NCBI RefSeq assembly: GCF_038025025.1
Contig: NW_027117348.1
Coordinates: 682,001-746,000 of the forward strand
DNA length: 64,000 nt
DNA from: Phyllosticta citribraziliensis
Taxonomy: Eukaryota
Reading direction: 5' to 3'
Shown here piece by piece: positions 59,852 to 64,000 of the stretch. A model generated the notes under the pieces. The model was not told the DNA's origin. It did no database searches and was given only the letters and a program-made list of their open reading frames with translations. A program made the position numbers and the translations under genes. How positions within the stretch are numbered: position 1 is the stretch's first letter; each line of letters starts with the position of its first letter.

Positions 59852-61129
59852 ATGGCTCCCTCAAGTGCCCCCGCCAAATTCTCCCTCGCCTTTGGCTCAA
59901 AGAAATCCCCTGCTCCGGCAAACAAGAAGCGCCCTCACTCTACCCTCCAAGACTCGGACGATGACGAAGCTGCGCCTCAACCCCAGACAGTCTCCCACTT
60001 CGACAACTCTGCTGGCGGCGCCATAGACTCGAACAAAAAGACGCCCACAAACCTTCCACTCGTAATTTCAAGACTGCCGAATCGTGACTGGCGCGCCGAA
60101 AGCCAAACAAAGCGCCAACGGAGCCTCCTCCCCCATCACCAAAACGCGCACCCAAACACACAACTAGAACACGCCGAGGAACAAAAGCCAGTCTATGGCT
60201 TGAATGTCATCAACAAGGACACCGCCACCCCTGCGGCCGAAACGCCCGATGCGCCTGAGAGTCGAGCGGACGACGCAAGCCGACGTGCCACCACCGAGCC
60301 CGCGGAACCCAAAACCGACGAGCAGCTTGCCATCGAAGCCTTGACTGGCAACAGGCCCAAGTCGGAGTTGGTGCTTCCAGCTGTGGAAACCGAGGAGCAA
60401 GCCTTCCGTCGAGACTACGAGTCCGCGCCTGACATGGCGAGTTTGAATGAGTACGAGGCTGTCCCGGTCGAGGAATTCGGAGCCGCATTACTCCGCGGCA
60501 TGGGATGGAAAGAAGGCGAGGCCATTGGCAGAAGAAAAGGGCAAAAAGCAGTGCAACCCCGAGTTTTGGAGAAGCGGCCTGCGCTGCTGGGAATCGGTGC
60601 CAAGGCCGATGCTGCGATAGGGGAAGAGATGGGAACGTGGGGCAAGGCGACAAAGAGCAGGAAGAAAGGCCCGGAGTCTTACAATCCCGTCGTTTTACGA
60701 AACGCAAAGACTGGGGAACAGTTGACAGAGGAGGAGCTGCGGCAGAAAATGGCAGACCACAAGAATGCCGAACAAGAGGCTGCTCTAGCCAAACGACAAG
60801 ATGACTCGGATCGTCGCTCAGGGAGGTCATCTGGGCGGCACAAATCCCGTGACGATTACGATTCTGGGAGGAGGGAGAAGGACCGTGGTCGGGATCGAGA
60901 GAATGGCAGCAGATACAAGTCCTCTCGCGGCCACCAAAGCAGAAGCGACTCTGAAGAAAGCTCCCATACTCGGCGAAAGTATGACAGCAGGTCTGACTAC
61001 GACCGGAGGTCTGGTGATAGAAAGCGGTCCCCTCGGCGGCGCGATAGGGAAGAGGTCTACTCACGGCATTCACGTCATGGGCGAGACCGGAGCAGAGATA
61101 GGTACGAGAGCGATCGACGTCGACGTTGA
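59852..61129 (+). CDS. SPP2: Pre-mRNA splicing factor Spp2 (G-patch)
   Basis: TVSHFD and PLVISRLPNRDWR, then the G-patch YEAVPVEEFGAALLRGMGWKEG...RPALLGIGAK, YNPVVLRNAKTGE and an RS/RD-rich tail. Confidence 0.88.
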   Translation: MAPSSAPAKFSLAFGSKKSPAPANKKRPHSTLQDSDDDEAAPQPQTVSHFDNSAGGAIDSNKKTPTNLPLVISRLPNRDWRAESQTKRQRSLLPHHQNAHPNTQLEHAEEQKPVYGLNVINKDTATPAAETPDAPESRADDASRRATTEPAEPKTDEQLAIEALTGNRPKSELVLPAVETEEQAFRRDYESAPDMASLNEYEAVPVEEFGAALLRGMGWKEGEAIGRRKGQKAVQPRVLEKRPALLGIGAKADAAIGEEMGTWGKATKSRKKGPESYNPVVLRNAKTGEQLTEEELRQKMADHKNAEQEAALAKRQDDSDRRSGRSSGRHKSRDDYDSGRREKDRGRDRENGSRYKSSRGHQSRSDSEESSHTRRKYDSRSDYDRRSGDRKRSPRRRDREEVYSRHSRHGRDRSRDRYESDRRRR

Positions 61130-61565
61130 ATGAACCCAGCATGACGAATCTCACATGTTGGCAGTCGTGGGGATGGACTGGAAATCGCCGGAGGCCTTGG
61201 TTAGATGGCCTGTGTCCAGTCGGCGAATGAAAGGATTCCAGCGCCCGCATCTGCAATGCCCATTTGTGTCTCGCTTTGCATTCGTCGTGTGTTTACATAG
61301 GTGACTTTCTACAACTACAAGTTCCTCTCCGATGAGGCTTGAGATGGCTGCGGTGCTCCGGCTGGTACGGTCGGGTAGTACTCGGCACTCGGTGGTCCGA
61401 GCGGCCCGCTCACACCTCCGCCCCAGCTCCAGCTACAGCTCCCCGTCAAACACATTGACAAGCCACTCCCACCTTCAGCTCTCCACCTCTACGAGCTCTG
61501 CATAGCTCCATGCCGAAACTTAACCCCCCACTGCCATGATAGCCATCTGAAACCAGCCGTCCGCC

Positions 61566-64000
61566 ATGGCTTTCGATCCTTCCGGCGGCTACGTCGCGTC
61601 CAGCGGCCTCCCAAACCTCAACGACGAGTCTCTTCCTATATTCAATGTCGAGCTCGTGAACCTCAAGTTCGACCGTCCCTCCGACTTTGTCGCTGCCGAA
61701 GTTGCAAACAACGTTCTCATCCTAGCCTTTGAAACGGGTCGCATTCTCAGGTTTGATCTGGACAGCCCCGAGGACATTGATGGTATCTCGCGCCGCGAGC
61801 TTGCTTGGTCACTCGAGTAGAAGCTAATTCTGCCTCGCAGATGTCGACCTGCCAAAGAAACCTTTGGAGATTGGTGTCATTCGCCGCATGTTTCTTGATC
61901 CATCTGCCTCACACTTGATCATTTCAACGACGCTCGGGGAGAACTACTACCTCCACACCCAAAGCCGCCAACCCAAACCCCTTGCGCGATTGAAGGGAGT
62001 CACGATCGAAAGCGTGTCATGGAATCCGTCCGAGCCCACCGCCTCGACTCGCGAAATTCTCATCGGAGCCTCCGACGGGACCGTCTTCGAAGTCTACATA
62101 GAGCCCTCGGCTGAATTCTACCGCCGCGAAGAAAGATATATCAAGACGGTGTACAAGGCCGAGGGACCAGTCGTTGGGATATGGACGGACGCGATACCTG
62201 GAAGGCCAGACATACGCCGCATCTTGTTAGCAACTCCGACGAGCTTGCAGCACTGGATTGGAAGGATTGGTCGGCCCGGTAGAGAGGGTAGCGGATCCAT
62301 CTACAGCAGGCTCTTCGAGGCCGAAAGGCCGTCAGTGTACGACTTGGACCGACCGCCCCACGCTGCACCATCTACGCTTGCAATATCGCCAGAGACGGAA
62401 GAGGTTGCCTCGTCTACTGCAACAGAAAGAGAGAGAGCATTCGCATGGCTTTCTGCGCACGGAGTCTTCCACGGAAAGCTTTTGACCAACATCGACTCGC
62501 CCAATATTGGGAACGCTGTTCTTCAAGGCTCAAAGTTGTTTCCCCGATCCAAAATCCCTCCGTCTCGTACACGCGGTGGCCGCACAAAGTCGTTTCAGGA
62601 GCCAGCACATTCCATGATTCTCAGCCACTGGCACGTCATTCAACTCGTGGATGGTCGCGTAGTTGCCTCGAATAGACTCGACGACACAATAGTCTACGAC
62701 CAAGCAGTCATTGACCCAGATCAAAACGTGCTGGGCCTTGTTGCTGACCGGAAGAAGAGCACATTTTGGCTATTTACCAAGCAAGAGGTCTTTGAAATCA
62801 GTGTGTTTGACGAGAGTCGGGATATCTGGAAGATTTTCTTGAACCAACAGCAGTTCGAAGAAGCGTCGCAGTACGCCAAAACACCCACTCAAAAGGACGC
62901 CGTGGCAACAGCTTCGGGCGATTTCCTTGTGAAAAAGGGCAACTTCATGGAGGCCGCCAGTGTTTACGGGCGGAGTACCAAGCCGTTCGAGCAGGTTGCA
63001 CTCACTTTTGTCGACCACGGAGAACAAGACGCTTTGCGCAAATACCTATTAACCAAGTTGTCTACTCTGAAAAAGTCGGCCACCATGCAGCGCGTTCTCC
63101 TTGCCACTTGGCTTGTCGAAATTTACATCTCCAAGCTCAATACCCTCGACGACACGATCGGCACCAAAGCTGAGCTGTCTGAAAGTAGCACCCGTGACAC
63201 CGAAGACCAGCTTTCCGTCATTCGTCGTGAGTTTCAAGAATTCGTGACGCGATACAGAGCAGATCTGGACAGGAAGACGGTCTACGAAATCATCAGCAGT
63301 CATGGCCGTGAAGAAGAGCTGCTTTTCTTTGCTACGGTCGTAAACGACCACAACTACGTCTTGTCCTACTGGGTGCAAAGAGAGAGATGGGCCGAGGCCT
63401 TGAACGTGCTGAAGAAACAGACGGACCCCGATGTCTTTTACAAGTACAGCTCCGTTCTCATGGCCCACTCTCCGCACGATTTTGTCGATATTCTGATGCG
63501 ACAAGCAAACCTTGACGCGCGCAAACTCATTCCAGCATTGTTGAATTACAACAAAATCCACACCGGTCCTCTTTCTCAAGTGAGTAGGCAATATTGCTGT
63601 TGTGGAGTCTGGACTAACAAGTCGTCTAGAATCAAGCCGTCAGATATCTCCAGTTTGAGATCAATCAACACCACTCGACAGATGCGGCTGTCCATAACAC
63701 CTTGATCTCCATCTATGCATCTCACCCTTCGCGCGACGAATCTGCGCTGCTCTCCTACCTCGAGGCCCAATCGCTTGCCCAAGAGCAAGACTACGATGCC
63801 GACTTTGCACTCCGCCTCTGCATTCAGCATAAACGAGTACAATCCTGCGTCCACATATATAGCTCCATGTCGCAATATGTGCAAGCTGTCGACCTTGCCC
63901 TCAAATACGACGAGGTAGACTTGGCAAGCAGTGTGGCGGATCGCCCAGAATCCAACCCGACGCTTCGCAAAAAGCTCTGGCTTGCAGTTGCCAGAAAGGT
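61566..64000 (+). CDS. VPS18: Vacuolar protein sorting Vps18/Pep3 (HOPS/CORVET), 3'-truncated; introns 61783-61840 and 63580-63629
   Basis: RRMFLDPSASHLIIST, IESVSWN, EILIGASDG, DESRDIWKIFL, PFEQVALTF, LRKYLLTKL, WLVEIYISKLN, FYKYSSVLM and KLIPALLNYN|NQAVRYL, then RKKLWL at the window edge. Confidence 0.95.

Noticed and set aside
60210..61256. 348-aa minus-strand ORF
   Set aside because: It lies antisense to SPP2 and shows no protein-like features.

Overview
GC-rich filamentous ascomycete (probably Dothideomycete-like) genomic DNA with short GT..AG introns and CTAAC/CTGAC branch sites. It holds about 16 protein genes and two intron-containing tRNAs (Ser-GCT, Lys-CTT). Core genes: two amino-acid permeases, an LRR protein, a DUF4470/MYND protein, SPP2 and VPS18/PEP3. 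Secreted or host-interaction genes: a 3xLysM protein, a PTH11-like membrane protein, a GH28 endopolygalacturonase, an HsbA-like protein and a PLA2-like protein. There is also a PI-PLC-like gene. Three items stand out. (1) At the left edge a TPR-CHAT (caspase-like) protease lies about 200 bp upstream of a fungal gasdermin-like gene with a 43-aa acidic tail after a GGR|G site, a candidate protease-gated cell-death module. (2) An intact, intronless ~1160-aa ORF looks like a domesticated Ty1/copia Gag, with its capsid halves split by a tandem-repeat insert and no pol or LTR nearby. (3) The PLA2-like protein has Lys in place of the catalytic His and carries repeated Kex2 sites. All family calls come from motif recognition by eye; no database searches were run.
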